A DNA stretch of 64,000 nucleotides from Vicugna vicugna (GCA_013265495.1 MU062841.1:9635786-9699785), one strand, 5' to 3'; shown: positions 54,801-60,900, counted from the stretch's first letter. Translations and numbers: made by a program. Notes: generated by a model not told the origin, from the sequence alone.

Positions 54801-56911
54801 CACCTAAGGAGCAGTCACCTGGGGAACCAGAGAGGATAGCTTCTGGAAGGCTATCTGGAATGCTGCCAGGACCACTCCCACAGAAGAGAAATGCCTGATG
54901 CTGCTCTGATGGCAGGTGGTGTTTCTGTCCTAGATTCATGGACCTGGAGTCCCTTCCAAGGTGGTGTCTCCTCAGCCGTGTGGGGAAAACATGTGGCTGA
55001 CTGGAGAGCCCAGTGGTCCGGGCCTGGAGCCATGAGCGTGCTGAGAAGGAATCATTCCAACTCAAAGGGACAAAGCCTGAGAGGGTCTCACGGCCCGCAT
55101 CCCGCAGGAGAATCCTGACTGTCCTACTCTCCAGCTGCATGGGTTTGCATCAGTCTTTGCATATGGATTTGGAGGTGGTCAGCTTGATCCTTGCAGGCTC
55201 TCCTGTCATTGGGAGCACAATTCCCAGAGCTCTGGCAGCTCTGACCCCGCAGCAAAAGCACAACAGTCACAAGATTGGCCGTGGATGGCTGCTTCTTCGC
55301 TGGGGCTGGATATTTTGCGCTCAGTAAAGGTCAGTTTCAGTGGGTTTTCATTTGTAGGAACCAGTGAGTAGCTGGAAAAAGTCAATGTCTTTGGTGAACT
55401 ATCACCACGGCAACCACCCTTCCCAGGAGGGGCTCCAGGAAGTGCGATTCAGAGTGAGCGCAAGCCCGACCTACTTGGAGCATGAATGGCCGGGGTTGGC
55501 TTCCGCGTCCCTCTGACGTCAGAACAAAGCACAGACCAGAGGCACAGCCTCTTTTCCAAATGCTTTATACTCAAACAGAAGAGAGAGACCCAGGATGTGA
55601 GAGGAGATACCCGGGGAAGCATCTCCCCAAGGCCCTGAGGTGAACCACCTTAAAAGAGAACCCCAAACCCAGTTCCTGGCACAAGAGTCAGTGCCCCCTT
55701 GGTGTTTATTAACTGAATACATGATGGGAGGATTAAATGAATGAATTCAGGCCATATTGTTAATTGTTGCATTGAGAGTTAAAATACCGATTCTTTGCTA
55801 TGTCCCGTAAGGACCAAAAAGATTCTACAAGGAATCACGTTGAAGGAATTTCACTAGTGACTAGAGATTACCTCCATCCATCAGTAGATTGAGAAAAACA
55901 AGATATAATACAATGCAAGGTCATTTATTCTCAGTATAGAAAAGTGTTCATTTCAAGTAATAATAATAGCATTTTTGAGGGGGAAGAAAAGCAATCTATG
56001 GTGATGGTATTATTACTAAAAACCTCTATTCAAAAAATTTAAATTGTCCCCATCTTTCACCTCCTACCCCAAGCTTGGTTATTTGATTAGCTTTTTTATA
56101 GCCCACACAAGTTTGCCTTGTGTCTCTGGATGTTAATGCAGAATCACTCAAAGAAAAAGCTGACAATATTGAAATCAGAAAAACAGGTTTAAACCTCGCC
56201 TAGAGCTTAACAAGGTGCTTTAATGCACCCGGATCTCACGATGGCAAAGCGGGAAGGGTACATTGAAACCAGATGGCCCAGAGGCAGCGAGCTGGCTGGC
56301 AGATAGGGGTTCTTTTCTGCCCCACTCCCACCCTGAGTGGCTGGGAAAATTTCAGTTGGTCGTCTTCCTTTAACAAGAAGAGAGATTTCACATAAAAGCC
56401 TAGATTTCTGGCTTCTCTTCAAAATTCAGCAGCTCCTGTAAAAAGGATCCCATCTTCCCACGTGGCAGCAATTGGCCAGAACTGAGAAGCGGGTGTCCCT
56501 TAAGTAGGGTCTGAACTCCCCAGGCGACCATGTCTCTGCCTGGCCACCTTCAGCTGGTTTTATGTCCCGTGCCAGGCTCCTGTAGACACTGAGTTTGTAA
56601 CCCCGGAGTCTAGTCCAACACTTCATTTTGTGGATGACGAAACTGAAGCCCAGAGTGAGACTTGCCCAGGATCAACAAGTTAGCGGGGCAGGCCAGAGCC
56701 CAGACACCCCAGCCCCGCCCAGCGGCTCCTTCTCCTGGCCCCCGGCAGCCTTGCTTCAACAAGGGGCTGCACCTTCCTCACTGAGACGCAGAGTCCAACT
56801 GCTTTGCGGTGGCTTACCTGTGGATATAGCACCAGGGAAGTGGGCCAGGATGAACCAGCCGACTGTCAGCATCGCCTTGAAAGAGACATTCGGCCTGTGA
56901 GCCGCTCCCAT
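336..56911 (-). CDS. CEMIP: CEMIP/KIAA1199/HYBID, spliced CDS, 3'-partial (24 coding exons, codons 1-1204; remaining exons left of window)
   Basis: 24 exons with canonical AG/GT sites and continuous frame, lengths 94,147,139,237,180,71,96,122,133,192,176,210,206,70,129,86,132,36,156,181,216,212,186,205 = 3612 nt. Translation matches the recalled human CEMIP sequence (signal peptide, G8 domain, GG domain, PbH1 beta-helix region). Confidence 0.98.
800..930 (-). mobile_element. MIR SINE fragment
   Basis: taatccttgaacaatcct...ctatttctcagatcaggaaac...gtgacttgcc; boundaries approximate. Confidence 0.6.
4195..4380 (-). CDS. CEMIP: CEMIP coding exon 23 (aa 1074-1136)
   Basis: GDWIRVGFCYPQGTTFSILSDVHNRLLKQTSKTGIFVRTSQMDKTEQSYPGRSHYYWDEDS; tgtag| ... 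|gtgagg; 186 nt; not visible in the ORF track. Confidence 0.97.
5332..5543 (-). CDS. CEMIP: CEMIP coding exon 22 (aa 1004-1074)
   Basis: MYIQAYKTSNLRMKIIKNDFPSHPLYLEGALARSTHYQQYQPVITLQKGYTIHWDQTAPAELIIWLINFN; ttaaaag| ... |gtgagt; 212 nt. Confidence 0.97.
7858..8026 (-). mobile_element. tRNA-derived camelid SINE (Vic-1 type)
   Basis: Minus strand ggggagggcgcagctcagtgggagagc...gtcctgggttcaagcccc (A and B boxes), then aataaataaacctaattac...cccc and an A-rich tail; degenerate TSD around cccatt(t)ctt(c/t)ttcctt. Confidence 0.88.
8077..8168 (+). mobile_element. tRNA-derived camelid SINE (Vic-1 type, short form)
   Basis: ggggagtgtatagctcagtgggagagtgcatacttagcatacatgaggtcctgggttcaagccccagt plus A-rich tail. 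Confidence 0.88.
8521..8736 (-). CDS. CEMIP: CEMIP coding exon 21 (aa 932-1003)
   Basis: ITSRVFFGEPGPWFNQLDMDGDKTSVFHDVDGSVSEYPGSYLTKDDNWLVRHPDCIDVPDWRGAICSGRYAQ; tttag| ... |gtgagg; 216 nt. Confidence 0.98.
9053..9113. repeat. Compound (GT)n(GA)n microsatellite
   Basis: gtgtgtgtgcgtgcatgtgcgtgtgtgtgtgtgtgtgagagagagagagagg. Confidence 0.92.
9937..10117 (-). CDS. CEMIP: CEMIP coding exon 20 (aa 871-931)
   Basis: NFPIRGIQFYDGPINIQNCTFRKFAALEGRHTSALAFRLNNAWQSCPHNNVTNIAFEDVP; catag| ... |gtgagt; 181 nt. Confidence 0.97.
12559..12714 (-). CDS. CEMIP: CEMIP coding exon 19 (aa 819-871)
   Basis: GGTFPYDDGSKQEIKNSLFVGESGNVGTEMMDNRIWGPGGLDHSGRTLPIG; tacag| ... |gtaggt; 156 nt. Confidence 0.97.
12796..12831 (-). 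CDS. CEMIP: CEMIP coding exon 18 (aa 807-819, 36-nt mini-exon)
   Basis: FADNGIGLTLA; cccag| ... |gtaaga; phase 2-2. Confidence 0.95.
13117..14661. repeat. 760-bp direct duplication (13117-13876 = 13902-14661) flanking the gap; probable contig-overlap artefact
   Basis: Copies offset by 785 nt; ORF-track translations identical in both copies; each copy abuts the N run exactly. Confidence 0.93.
13877..13901. other. Assembly gap (25 N)
   Basis: Run of 25 n characters read directly. Confidence 0.99.
14425..15240 (+). mobile_element. L2 fragments
   Basis: ctccagtggcttcctatcacc...; ctcaaaagcatctcaaattcaacac...; atgatccttctaagaaatggacacagtggccacatgctcaaa; 5' part also present in the duplicated copy at 13640-13850. 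Confidence 0.55.
16155..16312 (+). mobile_element. MIR SINE fragment
   Basis: ctgagcctccgttt...tctaaaatggagacaac...gcacagtaggtgctt. Confidence 0.6.
16610..16741 (-). CDS. CEMIP: CEMIP coding exon 17 (aa 763-807)
   Basis: YSPHQDADPLKPREPAIIKHFTAYKNQDHGAWLRGGDVWLDSC; ttccag| ... |gtgagc; 132 nt; H783 codon CAC at 16681-16683. Confidence 0.97.
17117..17280 (-). mobile_element. L1 3'-end fragment
   Basis: tttttaattgaagtatagtcag...gtacagcac...ggttattacaag...attgaatatagttccctgtg, typical reverse-strand artiodactyl L1 terminus. Confidence 0.8.
17604..17755 (+). mobile_element. tRNA-derived camelid SINE (Vic-1 type) with perfect 15-bp TSD
   Basis: ggcgagggtatagctcagtggtagagtgc...gtcctgggttcaagcccc...aataaacctgatacctccc and A-rich tail; TSD aaagtgcccaacaga at 17589-17603 and 17756-17770. 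Confidence 0.92.
17832..17917 (-). CDS. CEMIP: CEMIP coding exon 16 (aa 735-763)
   Basis: AGMIIDNGVKTTEASAKDKRPFLSIISA; cccag| ... |gtaatc; 86 nt. Confidence 0.96.
20204..20332 (-). CDS. CEMIP: CEMIP coding exon 15 (aa 692-734)
   Basis: ETGFWFIFHHVPTGPSAGMYSPGYSEHIPLGKFHNNRAHSNYR; ccag| ... |gtaagt; 129 nt. Confidence 0.97.
21154..21223 (-). CDS. CEMIP: CEMIP coding exon 14 (aa 668-691)
   Basis: AVSTFWMANPNNNLVNCAAAGSE; tgcag| ... |gtgagc; 70 nt. Confidence 0.96.
21967..22172 (-). CDS. CEMIP: CEMIP coding exon 13 (aa 600-668)
   Basis: VKDVVGYNSLGHCFFTEDGPEERNTFDHCLGLLVKSGTLLPSDRDSKMCKMITEDSYPGYIPKPRQDC; tgcag| ... |gtaagc; 206 nt. Confidence 0.98.
23305..23495. mobile_element. MER20 (hAT-Charlie MITE)
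   Basis: ggatgtttagcagc...ggcctcgacccactggatgccagcag...cagttgtgacaacccaaaatgcctccagacatt; boundaries approximate. Confidence 0.85.
24838..24870. repeat. Imperfect (GACA)n/(GATA) microsatellite
   Basis: gatagataagacagatgacagacagacagacag. Confidence 0.8.
25132..25265. mobile_element. MER94 (hAT-Blackjack MITE), full length
   Basis: TIRs tagggtgacc ... ggtcacccca; internal aatttatcgtctaaaccaggaca...gagagtgaaaggggg; 134 bp. Confidence 0.82.
26570..26780. mobile_element. Possible decayed hAT-Charlie MITE
   Basis: Starts gcatttcccaaactctgttctgtagaacgctgg, resembling Charlie/MER5-group termini; family not assigned. Confidence 0.35.
28640..28750 (-). mobile_element. MIR SINE fragment
   Basis: acagatgaggaaactgaagacctaagtgattaagtagcttg...aggtcacc. 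Confidence 0.65.
29916..30275. mobile_element. MER102-like hAT-Charlie element
   Basis: cagggctcacaaacccaaatgcc...gaatccagatttttatgtgaaatct...gccaaacaaaacacatctg...attttgtgacatccg; flanks gattaaag / gtttaaaa resemble an 8-bp TSD. Confidence 0.75.
30192..30514. repeat. Diverged tandem duplication, period about 170 bp
   Basis: tcaaatgtttct at 30192 and 30362; shared gccaaacaaaacaca, gggtgccattttgt, aaaagttcatagaggatat, catttaaagaa, gtaaaaattatc. Confidence 0.9.
30539..30565. repeat. (AC)n microsatellite
   Basis: Uninterrupted AC run of about 13 units. Confidence 0.95.
31082..31291 (-). CDS. CEMIP: CEMIP coding exon 12 (aa 530-599)
   Basis: FALGFKAAHLEGVELKHMGQQLVGQYPIHFHLAGDVDEKGGYNPPTYVKDLSIHHTFSRCVTVHGSNGLL; cgcag| ... 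|gtaagc; 210 nt. Confidence 0.98.
32260..32395. mobile_element. MER20B-like fragment
   Basis: ctggaaatgtg...gtgttttgaggggttgcaacgactggg...ctagcatttaatgagtgggggccaggaatc. Confidence 0.45.
33208..33383 (-). CDS. CEMIP: CEMIP coding exon 11 (aa 471-529)
   Basis: KPMYLHIGEEIDGVDMRAEVGLLSRNIVVMGEMEDECYPYSTHICSFFDFDTFGGHIK; cctag| ... |gtatga; 176 nt. Confidence 0.97.
35218..35706 (-). mobile_element. ERVL-MaLR solo LTR (MLT1D/E-like)
   Basis: gctgctgtaac...accacaaact...ggcttaaaacaaca...cagaagtccgaa...cttataaggaccctt...atctgcaaagtccct-like block...gggggccgttactcagtctgccaca. Confidence 0.88.
36388..36903 (+). mobile_element. ERV1-class solo LTR (5' boundary uncertain)
   Basis: CCAAT 36676-36680, TATA-like tttaaa 36737-36742, AATAAA 36821-36826 followed by cctttctctgctccaaactc, terminal ...ggtgaCA at 36903; no TSD or PBS identified. 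Confidence 0.72.
38330..38545 (+). mobile_element. MIR SINE
   Basis: ggctctggagtccagctgtctgggttggatccca...tccctgaacctcaggtctttcatctataaagtggagataa...gcgcttag...ggcacatggtag. Confidence 0.7.
39349..39551. mobile_element. MER3 (hAT-Charlie MITE) inserted in a MIR
   Basis: gatggtggaaatgctct...tatggtagctattagtcacatg...ttaattaaatttaaatagccacacgtggctgg; 8-bp TSD gtctacac (39341-39348) / gtctagac (39552-39559). Confidence 0.85.
39944..39966. repeat. Poly(A) run (23 A)
   Basis: Read directly; poly(U) in the CEMIP pre-mRNA. Confidence 0.95.
40217..40243. repeat. (CA)n microsatellite
   Basis: Uninterrupted CA run. Confidence 0.93.
40544..40977 (+). mobile_element. ERVL-MaLR LTR (MLT1K-like)
   Basis: tcctttcttctggtaatacatcccaattttccttt ... 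ttctgttgcttacaaccaagaacactaattgataca. Confidence 0.72.
40978..41331 (+). mobile_element. ERVL-MaLR LTR (MLT1H/I-like)
   Basis: catgtggtttgctttggtcaatgg...aggccttaagag...gttatgcagcattattatggcaatagctgactgataca. Confidence 0.75.
41414..41605 (-). CDS. CEMIP: CEMIP coding exon 10 (aa 407-471)
   Basis: RPKLTVTIDTNVNSTILNLEDNVQSWKPGDTLVIASTDYSMYQAEEFQVLPCKACASNQVKVA; tacag| ... |gtagga; 192 nt. Confidence 0.97.
42399..42531 (-). CDS. CEMIP: CEMIP coding exon 9 (aa 363-407)
   Basis: ATTADGVNLTTEAVYKKGQDYRFVCYDQGRACQSYRVRFLCGKP; cccag| ... |gtaagc; 133 nt. Confidence 0.97.
42930..43100. mobile_element. MER5A-like hAT-Charlie MITE
   Basis: cactggtgcccaaatgtggtt...tagaaacatgc...cccaggtgactcc...aaagtttgagaacccct. 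Confidence 0.72.
43154..43189. repeat. Tandem repeat (GGCTGTGAG)x4 inside a MIR
   Basis: Four exact 9-bp units read directly. Confidence 0.95.
44420..44533. mobile_element. Palindromic hAT-Tip100-type MITE (MER91-like)
   Basis: Inverted arms of about 41 nt including perfect atttaaggtggc (44440-44451) / gccaccttaaat (44501-44512). Confidence 0.7.
45837..45869. repeat. Compound (TA)n(TG)n microsatellite
   Basis: tatatatatgtgtgtgtgtgtgtgtgtgtgtgt. Confidence 0.93.
47377..47498 (-). CDS. CEMIP: CEMIP coding exon 8 (aa 322-362)
   Basis: VEWTEWFEHDKVSYTKGGEKISDLRAAYPGKICNRPIDIQ; cccag| ... |gtaacc; 122 nt. Confidence 0.96.
48105..48200 (-). CDS. CEMIP: CEMIP coding exon 7 (aa 290-322)
   Basis: HRGSAAARVFKLFQTEHGEHFNVSSSSEWVQ; gacag| ... 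|gtgagg; 96 nt. Confidence 0.96.
48779..48849 (-). CDS. CEMIP: CEMIP coding exon 6 (aa 266-290)
   Basis: HPWSFITVKGNPSSSVEDHIEYH; ttcag| ... |gtaata; 71 nt; not visible in the ORF track. Confidence 0.96.
49590..49800 (-). mobile_element. MIR SINE
   Basis: ttattctgtgccagacac...ccccattttacagatg...agagagggtaagtcacttgcctgcagtcacac. Confidence 0.7.
50802..50981 (-). CDS. CEMIP: CEMIP coding exon 5 (aa 206-266, GG domain)
   Basis: FDTYRSKKESERLVQYLNAVPEGRILSVAVNDEGSRNLDDMARKAMTKLGSKHFLHLGF; tttag| ... |gtacca; 180 nt. Confidence 0.97.
51320..51430 (+). mobile_element. Old L1 ORF2 fragment
   Basis: aactccaaaagaatttgtcttggaacttaac...attctcaaa...gaatagccaagatttgggaaaaaga resembles the L1 ORF2 3' region. 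Confidence 0.5.
51660..52310 (+). mobile_element. L2 3' fragment
   Basis: cacagcagcgagaatattcttttaaa...ggccttctctgatcacc...gtctgtttcactcactg...agcaccctgagtggcatctggc...gactgaatga. Confidence 0.7.
52327..52563 (-). CDS. CEMIP: CEMIP coding exon 4 (aa 127-206)
   Basis: ADEGVQPDPYFGLKYIGVDRGGTLELHGQKKLSWTFLNKTLHPGGMEEGGYFFERSWGHRGVIVHVIDPKSGTVIHSD; ttgtag| ... |gtaagg; 237 nt; R187 codon CGT at 52383-52385. Confidence 0.98.
53278..53416 (-). CDS. CEMIP: CEMIP coding exon 3 (aa 81-127, G8 domain)
   Basis: KLVIKDQGETIVLRTRHILIDNGGELHAGSALCPFQGNFSIVLYG; ttcag| ... |gtgggt; 139 nt. Confidence 0.97.
53908..54054 (-). CDS. CEMIP: CEMIP coding exon 2 (aa 32-81, start of G8 domain)
   Basis: VAPECPDQWPELQPWSPGHDPDHYVYIGQGRALLLTSSATIHSIRISEG; tggcag| ... 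|gtaagc; 147 nt. Confidence 0.97.
54205..54370 (+). mobile_element. MIR SINE fragment
   Basis: gagccctgggatttagtccc...tctgtgaacaagtc...ctcagtttttccctttagaaaatg. Confidence 0.6.
56371..56605. mobile_element. MER102-like fragment, opposite orientation to the 29916 copy
   Basis: gagatttcacataaaagcctagatttctggcttctct...gtggcagcaattggcc...cctgtagacactgagtttgtaacccc. Confidence 0.72.
56818..56911 (-). CDS. CEMIP: CEMIP coding exon 1 (aa 1-32, signal peptide)
   Basis: MGAAHRPNVSFKAMLTVGWFILAHFPGAIST; ATG at 56911 in gccaggATGG context; donor ACAG|gtaagc at 56817. Confidence 0.95.
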
Positions 56912-56927
56912 CCTGGCAGAATACTCC
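56912..56927 (-). other. CEMIP: 16-nt 5' UTR part of the first coding exon
   Basis: Acceptor ttctgtttcag|GGAGTATTCTGCCAGG then ATG; whole exon is 110 nt. Confidence 0.85.
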
Positions 56928-57083
56928 CTGAAACAGAAGCGCCCCGAGTCAGACCTGCAGCTTCCCCGAGCTGGAGTCAGTGTGTGTGGGCAGACACACA
57001 CAGAGACAGGGCCACATGCACACACGGAGGCAGGGCCAGCGTGGGCATACTCCAGCCGGCCAGTGCAAAGTCCTCAGCTGCCA

Positions 57084-57090
57084 TGACTCA
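57084..57090. promoter_or_regulatory. Candidate AP-1 site (TGACTCA) about 160 bp upstream of the first coding exon
   Basis: Exact motif match; occupancy untested. Confidence 0.3.
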
Positions 57091-57502
57091 GGACTGGGCA
57101 GATCAGGGCATGCAAGCCCTGCCATCGTCCCACCTGTGTCCTGCAGCTCAGAGACCCAGTGAAGGATGGAATTTCATCCTTGGCACAGGAGCTTGCTACC
57201 CTCCAGGATGAAGTTTTTTTCTTAAGTTAAAAAACAGAGAGACACAAAAATCACTCCCACAGAACATGAGCTGGAAAATAGATGCTACCAACTTGTTGTG
57301 TGATCTCAGATGATTTGATTAATTTCTCTGGGCCTCAATTTCCTAATCTGAAAAATGGGGATACGGACTGGCTAATTTGTAACCTTTACTCCACCTTTAC
57401 CCATCTGTGCTTCTAAAACAAGTCTCGATACTAATGTTGAAATCCTAAATACAATGCTTATGTGTTATAAACCCTTTTAATATTACCTATCCAAGAGGAA
57501 GG

Positions 57503-57985
57503 TGGGGCAGAGACAGCTGATTATCCCCAATAACAATTTTTTTCCCTCCTTAGTAAAAGAACCCGATTTTTATCTGGGTATATGGCCACCTAGGATAAAG
57601 GCTACCTTCTCCAGTCTCTACATTAGCTATGGCCTTGAAATTAAGTTCTGGCCAGTAAAATGAAAGTACAGTATGTGAATCCCAGGAAATGTCCTTAGGG
57701 AAGGCAGGAAGTCTTTCTTCCCTCCTTCCTCCTTCCCGCTGGCTGGAATATGGAAAAGATGGCTGGATCTTCAGCAGCTATCTTTGTCCATGTCTTGGGA
57801 GCCATGCACTGAAGATGGCAAAGCAAGCAGAGAGAAGGAACCTAGGCCCTGACCCTGTGGAGCACCGAAACAGCCTGAGACTGTGGATTTATTTTTATGG
57901 GTGACAGAATTAAATTTGCATTTTATTAAACTTCTGTTTCATTAAAGCCACTTATATTTTCCCCTGTTACTCAGACAGAAGGTGA
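57503..57985 (+). mobile_element. ERVL-MaLR LTR (MLT1J-like)
   Basis: ggcagagacagctg...ccttagtaaaagaacccgattttt...taagttctggcca...gaagatggcaaagca...gaaggaacctagg. Confidence 0.78.
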
Positions 57986-60900
57986 ATATGGGAATCTGTC
58001 TAGGTAAACCTCAAGGCAGGAACTCAAAAAAAGATGCCAGATTCCCCTTTCAGAATATAACGCCACTCGGAAAAGTCTCTGTGTCAAGTCCTCTGCACCA
58101 CACAAGATTGCTTAAACGGGGCTTGGGGAGTGGCCGGCTCTGGCTTCCATGCCCATGTCTCCAGCTCCTCCCCGGAGCATGAAACAAGCAGACATTCTCC
58201 CACACTGAGAAAGGGGCCAAATCTATCTCACCCCATACAGGCTCCTCCCTTTGAGTGAGCTCGGGCACAAATCTGATCATCCCTGACCTTTCAGCTCCAG
58301 GTGAAGTGCTTTGTGTGAGCTCAGTGAGTGGGGGCAGGCAAGAGGGTCCGAAACAGAGCACACTGGCCCTGAGCCTGGGCCCTCCCGCACAGGTGCGCCG
58401 GGGAGGCGGGGGCGGGGGCGGAGACGGTCCTCTCAGCATCAATGTCTGCGGTGTCCTCTTGGTGGGCACCCTGCCTGGCCCAGGCCTGATTGGCAGAGAA
58501 CAACGGGACCCATTCTAGTCGCCTCTGCAGGGTCACCGAAGTCACGCGTCACAGCATCTGGGAATGGTGCCTTTCCCAGGGCCCCCAGAAGAGGAATGTC
58601 TGCTCTCATGCTCTTTGCAATAGAAAGGAGGGGACGCCGGAGACAGGAGAGTTCTGTGGTCCTTAGGGAAAGCCAGAGCCCCGCTCTCAAGTCTCCATCT
58701 GTTTAGAAAAGCCAAAGGTAGTTTGCTTTTTGCTACTCAGAAGCCCCAAATCATCCTGGGGCTCCTCTGGAGGGAACCTGGACTTTGGGCTGTGAGCTGG
58801 CAAAGGAAGGTGGCAGGCACCAGGCTTGGAGGGGCCAGGGGATGGGAGGTGATCTGGGTGCGGGCACCCCTCCCGCCCTAACTACCGGGTGACCCTCATC
58901 CGGCATTTCCTTCTTTGGGCCTCAGACTGCACGGTAGGAGGCTGGGGTACAGGGACTTCGTGGCTCTGACATCTCCTGATGATATCCTAGGTCATTTCAG
59001 AGACAGAAAAAAAAAGTCACTCTCTGGATGGATGTGAAAACAATTCCACGTGGAAGGATAATGCTCAAAACCTCTCTTCCCTGACATCACAGAGACCTCC
59101 TGCTGGGTCTCAGCGCTAGACACGTCCGAGCCACGCGAGGCAGAGAGCCCCCTGCCCACGAGGTGGCCCCACATGGCTGGGGGCGGTCCTCCGTGCTTTC
59201 CTGCCCATGAATGGCTTCCAGGGCCCGAGTACAGAAACCTCGAGAAACACTTTGTTGACGTGAATCCAAAAGGCTCTTAAATTTCACTTGGGAGTTCTTC
59301 ACCGAGGGAGGACAGCTTTCTCAGTTGGCCACTGAAAGCTCTCTGGCAATGGGAGTTGGGGTCCGGCTTCTCTAGCTGGCAAGATATGGTCTTGAAACGG
59401 TTCCCAGCTGTTGAAGGCCTGGGAAGAGAGCATGTTGGCTAACAATGCTAGAAGTTTCCACAGGAAGCTGTTGGCTGGAGGCTGGCTGGACACTGCCCTT
59501 GCTAGGTCCCGATGGTCCTGAGCTGCCCTCCTCCTTAAAGGATGCAATGGAAGGATTCGGCGGTGGAAGAATATGGACACGCTTTGGGGGAAGGCTGGCA
59601 CGCCGGGTGCTCCACAAGGCTTCACAGTAACAGGTTAAAGTTTTCCAGAAGCTCAGCATTCCCCGTCCAGCTGCGGCTCCGGGCTGTGTTTGCCAGGCCT
59701 CCCAGGAACTCGCGGAGGGAGGGGCAAAAGCAGGGACAAGAGGCGTTGCCTGCCACCGTCTGTCTCTGCCTCTCCTCGCTGCCATCCTGCACCCCGGTCC
59801 GGGGTCTTTGCTCTTCCTTCAGGTCGCCCCGGGGCTACAGCTGCCCTGGGGTCCAGGGTGTGTCACCTGCAGAGCAGAAGGAGCACAGGATTATGCGAGT
59901 GTCCAAAGAGGCCCCTGCGTCCTTGCCTGGATCTCCCCAGAACAGCAGCACTTCCAAGTACGGGCCCTGCGGCACCCCCTGCCCCAGGCGGATGCAAGCT
60001 CCTGCCACCTGCTGAGCCTGCACAGCGAGCAGGTGGCAGAGTTCAAAGTCTGCTCTCTCCTCCAGAAATTATGCTCCTAATTCCTAAAGACTAAATGATT
60101 TGCAATATCATCTCAAATTAGGAGAAGGCAGGAGCTGCTGGGATAATGAGAGAGAACACAGCCAGCACTTCTCCAACTTGACTGCGCACAGACATTCCCC
60201 GGAGAGCGGGCTAAAACACAGACTCTGATTCGGTAGCTGTGGGGCGGGGCCCGAGGGTCACAGAGCTAGTAAGTGGCACGGTCAGGATCTTGAACCCAGG
60301 AGGTCCGGCCCCGGAGTCCATGCTCTGTGAAACAGGAACACCACCCCTACCCCCACCTACCTCCCAGCTGGGCACCCTGGAAGGAGGGAATGTTTGATTT
60401 GAGCCATTGTCGACAGATTAATGATCCTGAAAGCCAGCTGGGGTGAAGTTGGGGGAAGGTGGCAAGAATCTCCCTCCAGCATCTCTTGCATCAGGAAAGC
60501 CTTGCTGTTCCCTCTCATCATACCTGGGTTTCTCGTTCACAAGCCCTCAGATCTGTGCCCTGGTTCCTGGTGGCCCCAACAGGGCTGTGCGGGCTGGGTC
60601 ACCTGCACAGGCTCAACTCAGATCCTTTGCTAGATAAGAAACCACAGGCCCATCTCATTGGCTACCAGAAACCACGGAAACAGGAAGGCCAAGCCCCAAG
60701 ATCTCATTCCCTCTGGACAGAAATCTCTGACGAATCTCAGAAAGCCCTTTATAACATTCCCTAACATTCTCCTGTATCAGGCAAGGGGCAGCCAACTCCC
60801 TGACCTGCCACTTACCCCAGCCCCGGCCCAGCTCCCCTGGCAGAGGGAGGCACCTCTTCTGGTCACCTGGTCCTGACACAGTATCCTCAGGGAGGAAAAG

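Noticed and set aside
54592-55140. 182-aa minus-strand ORF as an extra CEMIP exon
   Set aside because: Coding exons 1 and 2 join in frame without it, and the translation is unrelated to CEMIP
56912-57025. N-terminal extension from the upstream ATG at 57025 (MCACGPV...)
   Set aside because: That ATG is intronic, upstream of the acceptor at 56928-56929
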